Shown here in pieces: positions 25,461 through 38,385 of a DNA stretch of 64,000 nucleotides. The notes beneath the pieces were generated by a model. That model was not told where the DNA came from. It saw only the letters and a program-made list of their open reading frames with translations, and ran no database searches. The stretch's first letter is position 1; every line of letters begins with the position of its first letter. Location of the stretch: the NCBI GenBank assembly GCA_036785375.1, contig JAWMAR010000748.1, forward strand, positions 496,001-560,000, in the 5' to 3' direction. Made by a program: the position numbers and the translations under genes. The DNA comes from Leucoraja ocellata (Eukaryota).

Positions 25461-25927
25461 TCCACAGAGGTGGGGGTGCATGCATGGGAAATTGAGAAGA
25501 AGGGTGCCGACCCAAAACGTCACCTATTCTGTTAGATAGAAGGGTCCTGACCTGAAACTTCACCTATCCATGATGGAAGAATGGTCCCAACCGGAAACGT
25601 CACTACCCCTGTTCGGAAAAAGGGTCCTGAAGCGAAACATCACCTATCCACATTAGGAAGAAGGGTCGCAACCTAAAACCTCCTCTGTCCATGTTCTCCA
25701 GGATGCTGCCTGACCCACTGAGTTACTCCAGTATTTTGTGTCTTCGTAAACCAGCATCCGCAGTTCCTTGTTTCTTTCTACATGAGAAATTGAAATGCAG
25801 ATTATGTTTAATGAGCAAGTAAAAGAGGAAGAAGGAAGCAGAGGAAAGAAAAACAAGAATTAACTCACTTTTGACCCATTAACCTGTTAATGTTAACGTG
25901 TTCCTCTGCTCTAATGGAGATGTTGCT

Positions 25928-26690
25928 CATAAGGTCATAAGTCATAGGAGCAGAATTAGGCCATTTGGCCCATCAAGTCTACTGTGCCATTTAATCATGG
26001 CAGATCTATCTCTCCCTCCTAACCCCACTCTCCTGCCTTCTCCCTATAACCTCTGACACCTGTACTAATCAAGAATCTATTTATCTCTGTCTTAAAATCA
26101 TACATTGACTTGGTAGACAAAAATACTGGAGAAACTCAGTGGGTGCGGCAGCATCTATGGAGCGAAGGAAATAGGCAACGTTTCGGCCTGAAACGTTGCC
26201 TATTCGCTCCATAGACGCTCCATAGACGCTGCTGCACCCGCTGAGTTTCTCCAGCATTTTTGTCTACCTTCGATTTTGCAGCATTTGCAGTTCCTTCTTG
26301 AATACATTGACGTGGCATCCACAGCCTTCTGTGGCAATGAATTCCATAGATTCACCACCCTCTGACTAAAGAAATTCCTCCTCATCTCCTTCCAAAAGGA
26401 ACATCCTTTAGTTATGAGGCTATGACCTCTGTTCCTAGACTCTTCCCCCAATTGGAAACATCCTCTCCACATCCACTCTATCCTGGCCTTTCACTATTCG
26501 GTAAGCTACAATGAGGGTCCCCCTCATCCTTCTAAACTTCAGTGAGTACAGGCCCAGTGCTGTCAACTCATCGTATGTTAACCCACTTATTCCCGGGATC
26601 ATTCTCATAAACCACCTCTGGACCCTCTCCAGAGCCAGCACATCCTTCCTCAGATATGGGGCCCAAAATTGCTCACAATACTCCAAATGC
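25928..26690 (-). mobile_element. CR1 LINE 3' fragment
   Basis: HLEYCEQFWAPYLRKDVLALERVQR; (CTTATGAC)n-type tail. Confidence 0.88.
26114..26301 (+). mobile_element. Palindromic Penelope terminal-repeat insertion within CR1
   Basis: Inverted arms; TSD atacattgac(t/g)tgg. Confidence 0.82.
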
Positions 26691-26905
26691 ATAGCTGTAC
26701 ATTACTGTACATTAGGGCAGTAAGTTGCGGAGTTTCCAAATGCTAACATAATGGCAGGAGTAATTGTTGTGAAAGCCTTGGAGCCACGCGCCCTTTAGTC
26801 ATCGTGGGCGATAAGAAACTGTGTTAACTGGACGATATTTCAAAACATTTCAAATAGTTGACAAATTGTCCTTGCTTTACTATGGGTAACTCTTTTGTTT
26901 TCCAG

Positions 26906-27038
26906 GTCTGTTGTATCATAATGACCTCTGTGTACCAGTTACAAGGGCAGAGGCAGATTGGATCAAGCACATTGTGGAAAGAGCTGTACGCAGATTTCTG
27001 CCTGATGCAATTATAACGTTAACAGGCGGCTTCCGAAG
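26906..27038 (+). CDS. POLM: DNA polymerase mu, coding exon 7
   Basis: ttttccag|GT; (G)LLYHNDLCVPVTRAEADWIKHIVERAVRRFLPDAIITLTGGFRR (PolX GGFRR motif); donor GTTAGA; 133 nt. Confidence 0.93.
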
Positions 27039-27870
27039 GTTAGAGCATTGTAGCTTTTGTTTGCATCATAGTTTTGTCTTCTCATTTCTGTACAAGCTTG
27101 AAGCCCAGCAGCTGGGAAAGGAATTTTGGATTAGTGGGATCTTTATTGTGACGTGTACAGAGATACAGCAAGATGCTCGTTCTGCGTGCTATCCATCAAA
27201 TCATAACATACAATGATATAGTCTGAAGAAGGGTCTCGACCCGAAACATCACCCAGTCCTTCTCTCCAGAAATGCTGTATTTTGTGTCTGTCATTAATAT
27301 AATAGATTGACTTCCGAAACAGCATGCAGTCGCCACAAACCGGCTCCAGCTTGCAATTTCCAAGTCTCTGAAATGTCCGATCTAGAGCTAAGGAGACAGT
27401 CAATTCTTGTATCTTGCCGTAAACATTAAAAAAATCATGATCCTGATCTCCAAAAATAAATAATTTGTAGGACGGAACTGCAGATGCTGGTTTAAACCGA
27501 AGATAGACACAAAACACTGGAGTCACTCAGCGGGAGAGGCAGCATCTCTGAAACAAAGGAATGGGTGATGTAGAGACCGTTCCCTCCGCAACTCCCTGGT
27601 TAACTCATCCCTTCCCACCCAAACCACCCCCGCCCCGGCACCTACCCCTTCAACCGCAGAAGATGCAATACCTGTCGCTATACCTCCCCAATCGACTCTG
27701 TCCAGGGACCCCAACAGTCCTTTCAGGTTAGGAAGAGGGTGGTGAATCTTCAGGTAGCTCCAATACTCCCTCTCTCTCTATCCCTTCCCCATCCAAGTCG
27801 CACTAGCTTCTCATTCTCACCCTTCAAATGGCCAACAATGGCCTGCTTCCTTTATTATTGTAACTTTTTT

Positions 27871-28554
27871 TTTTTTTTTTTTTTTTAAATTTTATTTTTA
27901 TTAGAAGTACAGTAAATTACAATACTACACAACACATATATCTTAATACATTTTTTGTACCGCTTCATTTTTTTTTTTTTGAGCTTTAAGAAAAAGATAG
28001 AAGTAAAGAAAGTAAAGAAAGTGCGCAAGAGTCGTGAAGTGCAAGAGTGTTGGGAAAAGAAAGCCCCTTAGAAAAGAAGAGAAGGAAGTGAGAAAGTAGA
28101 CCCTAGAAAAGAAAGAAAAAGAAAATAGGAACAATCGCTCTATTATAACATTAAACCCCGCAGAAAGGGGACTACCAACCAAGTCTGTTTTTGTTGTTTT
28201 ACCTCCCGTTACCAGGTCCTGATACCATTTATTTATTTATTTAAATTACTATTGCACCTCATACTTGTAATAGGTCCAGAAACATAGACCACGTCTTTTG
28301 GAATTGGTCTGCTTTACCTGCTAAGAGGAATCTCATCTCTTCCAGATGTAATGTTTCAAACATATTTGATATCCACATTTTTATTGTTGGTGTGGGCGCA
28401 TTTTTCCAGAATTTAAGTATAAGCTTTTTTCCCATTATTAGCCCGTAATTAAATAAATTCTTCTGAAACACGTTTAGTTCAGGGTTACCTTCCGATATTC
28501 CAAAAATAATCCATTCTGGTTTTGGTACCAGTTTTATTTTGATTAATTTTGAGA
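27871..28554 (-). mobile_element. L1-clade LINE 3' fragment inserted in a Penelope repeat
   Basis: ORF2 C-terminus (GKKLILKFWKNAPTPTIKMW), poly(A) tail, TSD tattattgtaactttttt (27853-27870 / 28555-28572). Confidence 0.88.
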
Positions 28555-28649
28555 TATTATTGTAACTTTTTTGCATATCTTTCATTCATTGTTTTTTATC
28601 TCTCCACATCACCATGTTATATCTCTCTTTTCCATTATCCCTAATCAGT

Positions 28650-28677
28650 CTGAAGAAGGGTCTCGACCCGAAACGTC
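28650..28677 (+). ncRNA. Minimal hammerhead ribozyme core in Penelope terminal repeat (predicted)
   Basis: CUGAAGA-A-GGGUC-UC-GACCC-GAAA-CGUC; palindromic ACGU stem III; weak stem I. Similar copies at 45495-45522 (+), 46275-46302 (-), 59381-59408 (-). Confidence 0.6.
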
Positions 28678-29585
28678 ACCCATTCTTTTTCTTTAGAGAT
28701 GCTGCCTGTCTCGCTGAGTTATTCCAGCTTTTTGTGTCAATCTCCAAAAAGACATGCTCTGTAGTTGCACTTGTCTCATTGACAAAGGGACAATTTTGAA
28801 ATATGCTGTTGTGTCATCCTGAACCCCAGAAATGTAGTAACATCGTTAGATCTACATCACACTGACTTATTTGTTTTGGATTTAACTGGGTGGGTATATA
28901 GGCCTCCTAGGTTATGAATGCCCAAGTTATGGATATCTCATATTTACGATTGAGTTCTAATAAATATTATTCAATTCAAATGAAGCACAAATGAACAGAC
29001 CCCATTGTCTCTTATAAACACGAGCTGCCAGTTTCACTGGGGGAGATTGAGAGAGTTGCTTTGGAAACTGATAAGCACTCGTGCCCATTGACACTTGTCC
29101 AACAAGTCCATTGTGCAATGTAACAGTCACTGACACGAGCATTGAAACCAGCCATAAAGCATGGGACATCCTGTTTCTGTACCATTGTGACCTGGCTGGG
29201 GAAGAAAATAAAATAAATAGTAATGGAAGATAGACACAAAATACTGGCGTGACTCAGCGGGACAGGCGGCATCTCTGGAGAGAAGAAATGGGTGACGTTT
29301 TGGGTTGAGACCCTTCTTCAGACCAGATGAATATTAATGTTCCCTAATGTGTCCTTAATTGGCCCTTCCCAACGCCATTCATTACAATACAATCACAATA
29401 ATACTTTATTAGCCAAGTATGTTTTGCAACATACGAGGAATTTCATTTGCCTAGTCAGTCATCATGCAAATAAAAAGTAACGGAACACATAAAATGCATT
29501 TTAACATAAACATCCACCACAGTGACTCCTCCACATTCCTCACTGTGATGGAAGGCGAAAAAAGTTCAATCTCTTCCCTTCTTTG

Positions 29586-30094
29586 ACAATAGACAATAGG
29601 TGCAGGAGTAGGCCATTCGGCCCTACGAGCCAGCACCGCCATTTAATGTGATCATGGCTGATCATCCCCAATCAGTACCCCGTTCCTGCCTTCTCCCCAT
29701 ATCCCCTGACTCCGCTATTTTTAAGAGCCCTATCTAGCTCTCTCTTGAAAGCATCCAGAGAACCTGCCTCCACCGCCCTCTGAGGCAGAGAATTCCACAG
29801 ACTCACAACTCCCTGTGAGGAAAAAGTGTTTCCTCGTCTCCGTTCTAAATGGCTTACTCCTTATTCTTAATCTGTGGCCCCTGGTTCTGGACTCCGCCAA
29901 CATCGGGAACATGTTTCCTGCCTCTAGCGTGTCCAAACCCTTAACAATCTTATATGTTTCAATAAGGTTCCCTCTCATCCTTCTAAACTCCAAAGTGTAC
30001 AAGCCCAGCTGCTCCATTCTCTCAGCATATGACAGTCTCGCCATCCGGGGAATCAACCTTGTAAACCTACGCTGCACTCCCTCAATAGCAAGAA
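29586..30094 (-). mobile_element. CR1 LINE 3' fragment nested in a GC-rich non-autonomous element
   Basis: [10 protein letters not shown]...TRGH; host sequence resumes on both sides. Confidence 0.88.
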
Positions 30095-30427
30095 TTGCTC
30101 TCCCACGGTTGGGGGCCTCGAGCCCTCCGTTGACGGGACAATCTTGACTCTCGTAGCCGGCGGCGTTTGGACCCTCTGCATCGGAGCGATCAGCTCTTGC
30201 ATCGGGGGGAATGTCAGCTCCCCCGCGCCATCGATCGAACCCCGGGTTGGGGCTGGTCGAGCCTCTGTGTCGTTGGAGCCTCTCGACTCGGCCTCACAAT
30301 ACTGTGGCGGCATGGTTACCAAATCAAGTCGTGTTTGTTTTTTTCTTTTTTCCAATTTTGTGAACAAAATTGATTTGGGGACGTCTGTAAAAATGGAATC
30401 CATCCATAACCCGAGGGTGGCCTGCAA

Positions 30428-33117
30428 AAAGGCAGACCAATTGAATAATTACTTTGGTCCTGTCTTCTCTAAGGAAGACATAAATAATCTGCCGGAAATA
30501 GCAGGGGACCGGGGGTCAAATGAGATGGAGGAACTGAGTGAAATCCAGGTTAGCCGGGAAGTGGTGTTGGGTAAATTGAATGGATTAAAGGCCGATAAAT
30601 CCCCAGGGCCAGATAGCCTGCATCCCAGAGTACTTAAGGAAGTAGCCCCAGAAATAGTGGATGCATTAGTGATAATTTTTCAAAACTCTTTAGATTCTGG
30701 AGTAGTTCCTGAGGATTGGAGGGTAGCTAATGTAACACCACTTTTTAAAAAGGGAGGGAGAGAGAAAACGGGGAATTACAGACCAGTTAGTCTAACGTCG
30801 GTAGTGGGGAAACTGCTAGAATCAGTTATTAAAGATTGGATAGCAGCACATTTGGAAAGTGGTGAAATCATTGGACAAAGTCAGCATGGATTTATGAAAG
30901 GTAAATCATGTCTGACGAATCTTATAGAATTTTTCGAGGATGTAACTAGTAGAGTGGATAAGGGAGAACCAGTGGATGTGTTATATCTGGACTTTCAGAA
31001 GGCTTTCGACAAGGTCCCACATAAGAGATTAGTATACAAACTTAAAGCACACGGTATTGGGGGTTCAGTATTGATGTGGATAGAGAACTGGCTGGCAGAT
31101 AGGAAGCAAAGAGTAAGAGTAAACGGGTCCTTTTCACAATGGCAGGCAGTGACTAGTGGGGTACCGCAAGGCTCAGCGCTGAGACCCCAGCTATTTACAA
31201 TATATATTAATAATTTGGACGAGGGAATTGAATGCAACATCTCCAAGTTTGCGGATGACACGAAGCTGGGGGGCAGTGTTAGCTGTGAGGAGGGTGCTAG
31301 GAGGCTGCAAGGTGACTTGGATAGGCTGGGTGAGTGGGCAAATGCATGGCAGATGCAGTATAATGTGGATAAATGTGAGGTTATCCACTTTGGTGCAAAA
31401 ACAGGAAAGTAGACTATTATCTGAATGGTGGCCGATTGGGAAAGGAGAAGATGCAGTGAGACCTGGGTGTCATGGTACACCAGTCATTGAAAGTAGGCAT
31501 GCAGGTGCAGCAGGCAGTGAAGAAGGCGAATGGTATGTTAGCATTCATTTTTTTTGGTTTTTTTTTGTTTATTTTATTAGAAGTTAATACATCACAAAAC
31601 AGTACAGTGGCACCTAATTTTAGGTGCCAACTATGTAATAACGTAATCCATTCTATGTACAACCTCTAGTTTTATGTTATAAGAAAGAAGTAAGCAGAAC
31701 AAGAAAAAGAAAGCAATAGAAAGGGGAAAAAGTGGAGAAATAGATGGTAGAGAGTAGAAAAACGTGAAGTGTGTATATAAAAAATAAAAAAAGGAAGAGA
31801 GAAAGAGGAAAGTAGAAATAGAAGAGAAGGCCCCTTAAAAGAGAATTTTTCAAATCTGTATTCGGAGATGTAGCTCTATCCGCGTCATGAACTGAAATCA
31901 GCAATCCTTACGGCACCGCTGCATCACATGATTCCAAAAAGTCGATGAAAGGAGACCAACTCTTTAAGAATTGGACATATTTATCTATTAGTCGGAGTCT
32001 CATTTCTTCAAGGCGTGCTATGTCCATCATATTCCTAATCCACATTTTAACAGTTGGTGTGGTTGTATTTTTCCAAAATTTAAGTATCAATTTCTTTCCA
32101 ATTATTAACCCATAATTAAAAAAAACATTTTAATCTTTATTTAAATTGGTATCTTCTCCTATTATTCCAAATATAATCCATTTCGTTTTGGGTTCTATTC
32201 TTGACTTGAAAATCTTTGTAAATATATCAAATATATCACTCCAAAATTTATTCAACTTTGTACATCCAACAAATGAGTGTGTTATATTAGCGTTTTGAAA
32301 CAAACATTTATCGCATCTGGGAGAGACGTTTGGATAAAATTTATTCAACCTCGTTTTTGAATAATATAGTCTATGTAATAATTTGAATTGAATTAAATTA
32401 TGTCTTGCATTAATAGAACAGTTATGTGTATTCATCAAATATTTTTCCCATCTAAGTGCGAATGGTATGTTAGCATTCATAGCAAAAGGATTTGAGTATA
32501 GGAGCAGGGAGGTTCTACTGCAGTTGTACAGGGTCTTGGTGAGACCACACCTGGACTATTGCGTACAGTTTTGGTCTCCTAATCTGAGGAAAGACATTCT
32601 TGCCATAGAGGGAGTACAGAGAAGGTTCACCAGACTGATTCCTGGGATGTCAGGACTTTCATATGAAGAAAGACTGGATAGACTCGGCTTGTACTCGCTA
32701 GAATTTAGAAGATTGAGGGGGGATCTTATAGAAACTTACAAAATTCTTAAGGGGTTGGACAGGCTAGATGCAGGAAGATTGTTCCCGATGTTGGGGAAGT
32801 CCAGGACAAGGGGTCTCAGTTTAAGGATAAGGGGGAAATCTGTTAGGACCGAGATGAGGAAAACATTTTTTCACACAGAGAGTGGTTAATCTGTGGAATT
32901 CTCTGCCACAGAAGGTAGTTGAGGCCAGTTCATTGGCTATATTTAAGAGGGGGTTAGATGTGGCCCTTGTGGCTAAAGGGATCAGGGGGTATGGAGAGAA
33001 GGCAGGTACAGGATACTAAGTTGGGTGATCAGCCACTATCATATTGAATGGCGGTGCAGGCTCGAAGGGCCGAATGGCCTACTCCTGCACCTATTTTTCT
33101 ATGTTTCTATGTTTCTA
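30428..33117 (+). mobile_element. CR1 (HER1-like) LINE, 5'-truncated, interrupted by L1
   Basis: RT motifs in ORF 30144-31412 ([35 protein letters not shown]), C-terminus in ORF 32467-32889, (TTCTATGT)n tail. Confidence 0.95.
31549..32457 (-). mobile_element. L1-clade LINE 3' fragment
   Basis: Cys-rich C-terminus (QFKLLHRLYY...CDKC...HSFVGC...FW), poly(A) tail, 23-bp TSD gcgaatggtatgttagcattcat (31526-31548 / 32458-32480). Confidence 0.92.
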
Positions 33118-33227
33118 AGGGGAACTGGAGTAAATGAAGCTGTGTGGGAAATGCCATTTGGAATCACCATGAATAGTGTGCCTTGTTAGCAGTGTCAGCA
33201 ACCACTGATCCCATTCTAAACAACATT

Positions 33228-33538
33228 ATGGTGGTGTTAGAGCTACTGCCTCACAGCGCCAGAGACCGGGTTCGATCCTGACCACGGGTGCTGTCTGTAC
33301 AGAGTTTGTACGTTCTCCCTGTAACCTGCGTGGGTTTTTTTCCAAGATCTTCAGTTTCCTCCCACACCTCAATGACGTACAAGTTTGTAGGTTAATTGCC
33401 TTGGTATGAATATTTTTACAATGTAAAAATTGATCCAAGTGTGTGTAGGGTAGAGGTGATGTACAGGGATCACTGGTCTTTGCAGATTTGATGGGTTGAA
33501 GGGCCTTTTTCTGTGATGTTTCTCTAAACAAAACTAAA
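33228..33538 (+). mobile_element. HE1-type V-SINE
   Basis: Head GGTTCGATCC, V-domain, tail. Confidence 0.82.
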
Positions 33539-33677
33539 GTCATTTGAAAACAACACTATTATTTAATGGTTAACTTCATTATCTTTTTGTCTTTCCTCCA
33601 TAGAAAGAGATTTGTCTATTAATTTGGATACGCCTTTCAGTTTCCTAATTGGTTTTGTGTTCAATTGTATTCATCAG

Positions 33678-33780
33678 GGGGAAGGAGTGTGGTCACGACG
33701 TTGATCTTCTCATAACCCACCCAGACGAAGGCAAAGAGGAGGGTATTATTTACCAAGTGGTTAATTGGATGACCACCAAG
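33678..33780 (+). CDS. POLM: DNA polymerase mu, coding exon 8 (catalytic HDVD)
   Basis: tcatcag|G; GKECGHDVDLLITHPDEGKEEGIIYQVVNWMTTK with two catalytic Asp; donor GTAGGA; 103 nt. Confidence 0.94.
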
Positions 33781-34454
33781 GTAGGACTGGTAGATTTTTA
33801 CTAACATTGGCAATGTCCAGTGGATAATTGAAAGTTCATCCACCTTGACCTGGAAGCATATCCAAACTATTCTATCGCCACATCCAAGGGAGTGAGATCC
33901 AATCTTTCCTTGAAATGAGTTAATAATCCCAAAGCTTGTGAAGAGCATGCTGCGAAATACACTGTAAATTTAGAGTCTGTTTAGGTGTATTATCGTCATG
34001 TGTACAGAGGTATGGTGAATAGCTCTGTTTTATATACAGTCCAATTAAATCAGAATATTATCGTCAAATACCTAAAGGGGAAGATACAGAGTGCAAAATA
34101 CAGTTCTCGGCACCAGTTCCTGAGATAAAGTCCAATGGCTGCAATGAGGTAGAACTACAGCCTTACAACTCCAGAGACCTGGGTTTGACCCTGACTAGGG
34201 GTGCTTGTCTGTACGGAGTTTGTACATTCTCCCTGTGGAGCAGCACGCTTAGTTGGGGATTAAATTGTGCAAAATTATCTTAGTTTACTTTTTTAGTTTA
34301 GTTTGGAGAAACAATGTAGAAATTGGCTCTTCGGCCCACCGTCTCCATGCCGACCAAAGATCAACCATACACTTGTTCTACCCCACACACTAGGGACAAT
34401 TTTCAAAAGCTAATTAACCTACAAACCTGCACGTGTTTGGAATGTGGGAGGAAA

Positions 34455-35072
34455 CCGGAGCATTTAGGAGCAGGGAGGTTCTACTGCAGTTGTACAGGGT
34501 CTTGGTGAGACCACACCTGGAGTATTGCGTACAGTTTTGGTCTCCAAATCTGAGGAAGGACATTATTGCCATAGAGGGAGTGCAGAGAAGGTTCACCAGA
34601 CTGATTCCTGGGATGTCAGGACTGTCTTATGAAGAAAGACTGGATAGACTTGGTTTATACTCTCTAGAATTTAGGAGATTGAGAGGGGATCTTATAGAAA
34701 CTTACAAAATTCTTAAGGGGTTGGACAGGCTAGATGCAGGAAGATTGCTCCCGATGTTGGGGAAGTCCAGGACAAGGGGTCACAGCTTAAGGATAAGGGG
34801 GAAATCCTTTAAAACCGAGATGAGAAGAACTTTTTTCACACAGAGAGTGGTGAATCTCTGGAACTCTCTGCCACAGAGGGTAGTCGAGGCCAGTTCATTG
34901 GCTATATTTAAGAGGGAGTTAGATGTGGCCCTTGTGGCTAAGGGGATCAGAGGGTATGGAGAGAAGGCAGGTACGGGATACTGAGTTGGATGATCAGCCA
35001 TGATCATATTGAATGGCGGTGCAGGCTCGAAGGGCCGAATGGCCTACTCCTGCACCTAATTTCTATGTTTCT
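34455..35072 (+). mobile_element. Young CR1 3' fragment nested in a V-SINE
   Basis: Intact ORF2 C-terminus (ORF 34433-34984), highly similar to 32500-33115; SINE halves at ~34280-34452 and ~35073-35200. Confidence 0.92.
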
Positions 35073-35882
35073 ATCCGGAGAAAACCTACGCGGTCACATG
35101 GAGAATGTACAAACTCCGTTCAGACAGCACCCGTGGTCAGGATTGAACCCGGGTTTCCGGAGCTGTGAGACAGCAACTCTCCCGCTGCACCCCTGTGCTG
35201 CCCTTCTTCAGATTTGTCCCACTGTATTTTTGCTCATTTTTAAAATTCCCTTGATTGTGATTGAATCTATTCTGGATAATATTGCCGAACTCTACTCATC
35301 TCGAGTAATAACTTGGTGGTATATAATAGGATATCGCCCCACCTCTTAATTTTTGATCTGCTTTATCTTTATTCCACCAATTTGGTTGAAGTTATCCTAC
35401 AAATCTTAGCAGGGTGGTGGTGAGTGTATGGAAGGAGCTGCCAGAGGAGGTAGTTGAGGCAGGTACTATCACAACATTTAAAAGACATTTGGAGAAGGTA
35501 TATGGATGGGAAAAGTTTAGAGGGATATGGGCAGGTGGGACTACGGTAGATGGGGCATCCTGGTCAACATGGACAAGTTGGGCCGAAGGGCCTATTTCTG
35601 TGCAGTGTGACTATGACTTTAACATAACTGATTGATGTTAGGATGGCTGCAAAAGCCATGCTTTTGTTGTTTTCCACAAACTTTATTCCTAATTTCTGTC
35701 CTCACCTCCCTGCCCCCTTTCTTGAGCTGAATTAGTGTAGGTGAAACCTAGTTTAATCATAACCTTCACTCCAAACACCATCTTTCTATTTCTCAATACT
35801 TATATTCACCTCCATAACATTACTGACTGCCATATCTATTCCTGTGCAGCAAGTAATTTTATCTGTGCTTTTGTTATCTTTA

Positions 35883-36190
35883 TGGACCTGTCCCACTTAC
35901 GCGACCTTTTCGGTGACTACCGGCACCTGTCATAGGTCGTTGCAGGTCGCCGAGAATTTTCAACATGGAAAGACGCTACGACTATTTGGGCGACTGAGGA
36001 GACGACTCGCGACTACTGGCGACATGTCGCGGGGTGAAGCCTGTATGGTCATGAGTAGTCGCCCAAAGAGTCGTAACCTGTTCTGGTCGCCGCTGGATTT
36101 TCAACATGTCGAAAATTTCCGGCAACCTGTAATAACCTATGACGGGGTGCCGGCAGTCGCCAAAGAAATCGTGTAAGTAGGACAGGCCCA
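35883..36190. mobile_element. PIF/Harbinger-like MITE
   Basis: Long imperfect TIRs; flanks TTA / TAA. Confidence 0.8.
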
Positions 36191-36660
36191 TAAGTCTTGA
36201 TAATTTTCACTTACCTGTCCAGTCTTAACATCCTAATCAAGCTCCAAACTGTTTAAAACATGGCGGTCAAAATTACAACCTTGCTGAGCATCACTAGTGA
36301 CCTGCACCTTCCTCTGATCTCTCAAAGCATTTAAGAGTAAAACTCGCATCATCTCAGCAACTTTCTGCAACTATGTCCCCCCTGATTCTGCACTCAATTT
36401 GTGCCTCACTTTTAGTAACGGTGTCAAACCCTGAAAAACCTCTTGATTTTAATGTTTTGTGTATGCTTTTTCCCCCAACTATCTTCATGTTAAGATTTGT
36501 TGAAGAAGATTTGAAGGAATAGGTTGCAAAGCAAAGTTAATAATGAAAGTCTTGTAGAATTATTAACACAGCTTAAGAAGTATTGTTGCTGAATCTCGTT
36601 CACCCAAACAGCCAGATTCTTAATGAAAGTTATCAACAAGTCAGATATTTCTCATGGTGA

Positions 36661-37074
<414 letters not shown>

Positions 37075-38049
37075 TAAACATTTTTTTCAGAGTACGTAAA
37101 CCAAATTCTTCATTTCTGAAATAGATTGATCAGAGGGTCAGGTGGCATCTCTGGGGAACATGGAGAGGATGTTTCCATTCGGGGACCAACCTTCTGAAAT
37201 GAAGATAGACACAAAATGCTGGAGTAACTCAGCGGGACAGGCAGCATCTCTGGAGAGAAGGAATGGTTGACATTTCGGGTAGACACTTTTCTTCAGAGGT
37301 CTTGACCTGAAACGTCACCCATTCCTTCTCCATAGATGCTGCTGAGTTACTCCAGCATTTTGTGTCTGTCTTTGATGTAAACCAGTTCTTTCCTGCACAT
37401 CCTTCTGAAATGAGTTGCTTGATATGAGCTGGAATGTCGGGAAACTCCAGACTGGATCAGCACCCCTCGTACATGCCAGCAGACACCCAGGAGATACCAT
37501 TTGAATGTAATATGCACATCTCTTCTAAAAGGGCTTCTGTTTTTAGCTGAAGATTAACTATTTTATTAAAGCTAGGGCACTACATGAGCAGGGGTTGATG
37601 GATGGCTGGCAACTGGGGACCCTGTAGCCTGCAGATGCTGGAAACCTGAGCAATAAACCAAGTGCTGGAGGAACTCGGTGGGTCAGGCAGCACCCATGGA
37701 GGGAGTGGACAGACCACATTTTGGTTTCTCGACACAGAAGACATTTCCCAACCCAAAACGCAATCTGTCCAAGACTATTAAATGTGTAGGAAGGAACTGC
37801 AGACACTGGTTTACACTGAAGATAAACACAGAATGCTGGAGTAACTCAGAGGGACAGGCAGCAGAGAAGGAATGGGTGATGTTTCGGGACAAACCCCTTC
37901 TTTAGACTACTAAATGGTTGGAATAAAAAGGGAACAAAGTGTAGATTCTGGAAATGTAGTGAAACAGGTGCAGAGATTTATTCAACTTGTTAGGGAATAA
38001 CTCCGTTTTGAATGTAATTTTAAATGGCTTGTTTCCTGCTGTCTTGCAG

Positions 38050-38133
38050 CTCTTCGAACGAGACCTGCGCAGATATGCCAAGCACGTAAAGAACATGAGT
38101 CTCAGCAGCCATTCTTTGTTTGACAATGAGCAG
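38050..38133 (+). CDS. POLM: DNA polymerase mu, coding exon 10 (thumb)
   Basis: tcttgcag|CTC; LFERDLRRYAKHVKNMSLSSHSLFDNEQ; donor GTAGGA; 84 nt. Confidence 0.93.
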
Positions 38134-38212
38134 GTAGGAAGTAATCTAAGCTTCTCTCTCGGCCTGCCAAACAGGGTTAAAGGAGGGGAATCCACCCAGC
38201 TGACTCAGATGG

Positions 38213-38385
38213 TGACTGTCTGACTGTGAGATGCTGACTGTGAGATGCTGACTGTGAGATGCTGACTGTGAGATGCTGACTGTGAGATGCTGACTGTGAG
38301 ACGCTGACTGTCTGAGACGCTGACTGTCTGAGACGCTGACTGTCTGAGATGCTGACTGTCTGACTGTGAGATGCTGATTGTCTGT
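38213..38385. repeat. Minisatellite, 14-bp unit GCTGACTGTGAGAT with 16-bp variants
   Basis: About 11-12 tandem units visible directly. Confidence 0.95.

Larger units (their letters stand above)
27575..28740 (+). mobile_element. Penelope-like fragment with 3' repeat (hosts the L1)
   Basis: Homologous to 55590-56250; intact hammerhead-like core at 28650-28677. Confidence 0.75.

Noticed and set aside
25496-25695. CRISPR-like repeat array
   Set aside because: Eukaryotic context, units are diverged Penelope fragments without unique spacers, and there are no cas genes.
30144-31412. 422-aa ORF as a host gene or intact retrotransposon
   Set aside because: Chimeric start in another repeat, no endonuclease domain, frameshift near 31400 and an L1 insertion: a dead CR1.
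33228-33290. tRNA genes at SINE heads
   Set aside because: A/B boxes run straight into the V-SINE core; no complete cloverleaf.
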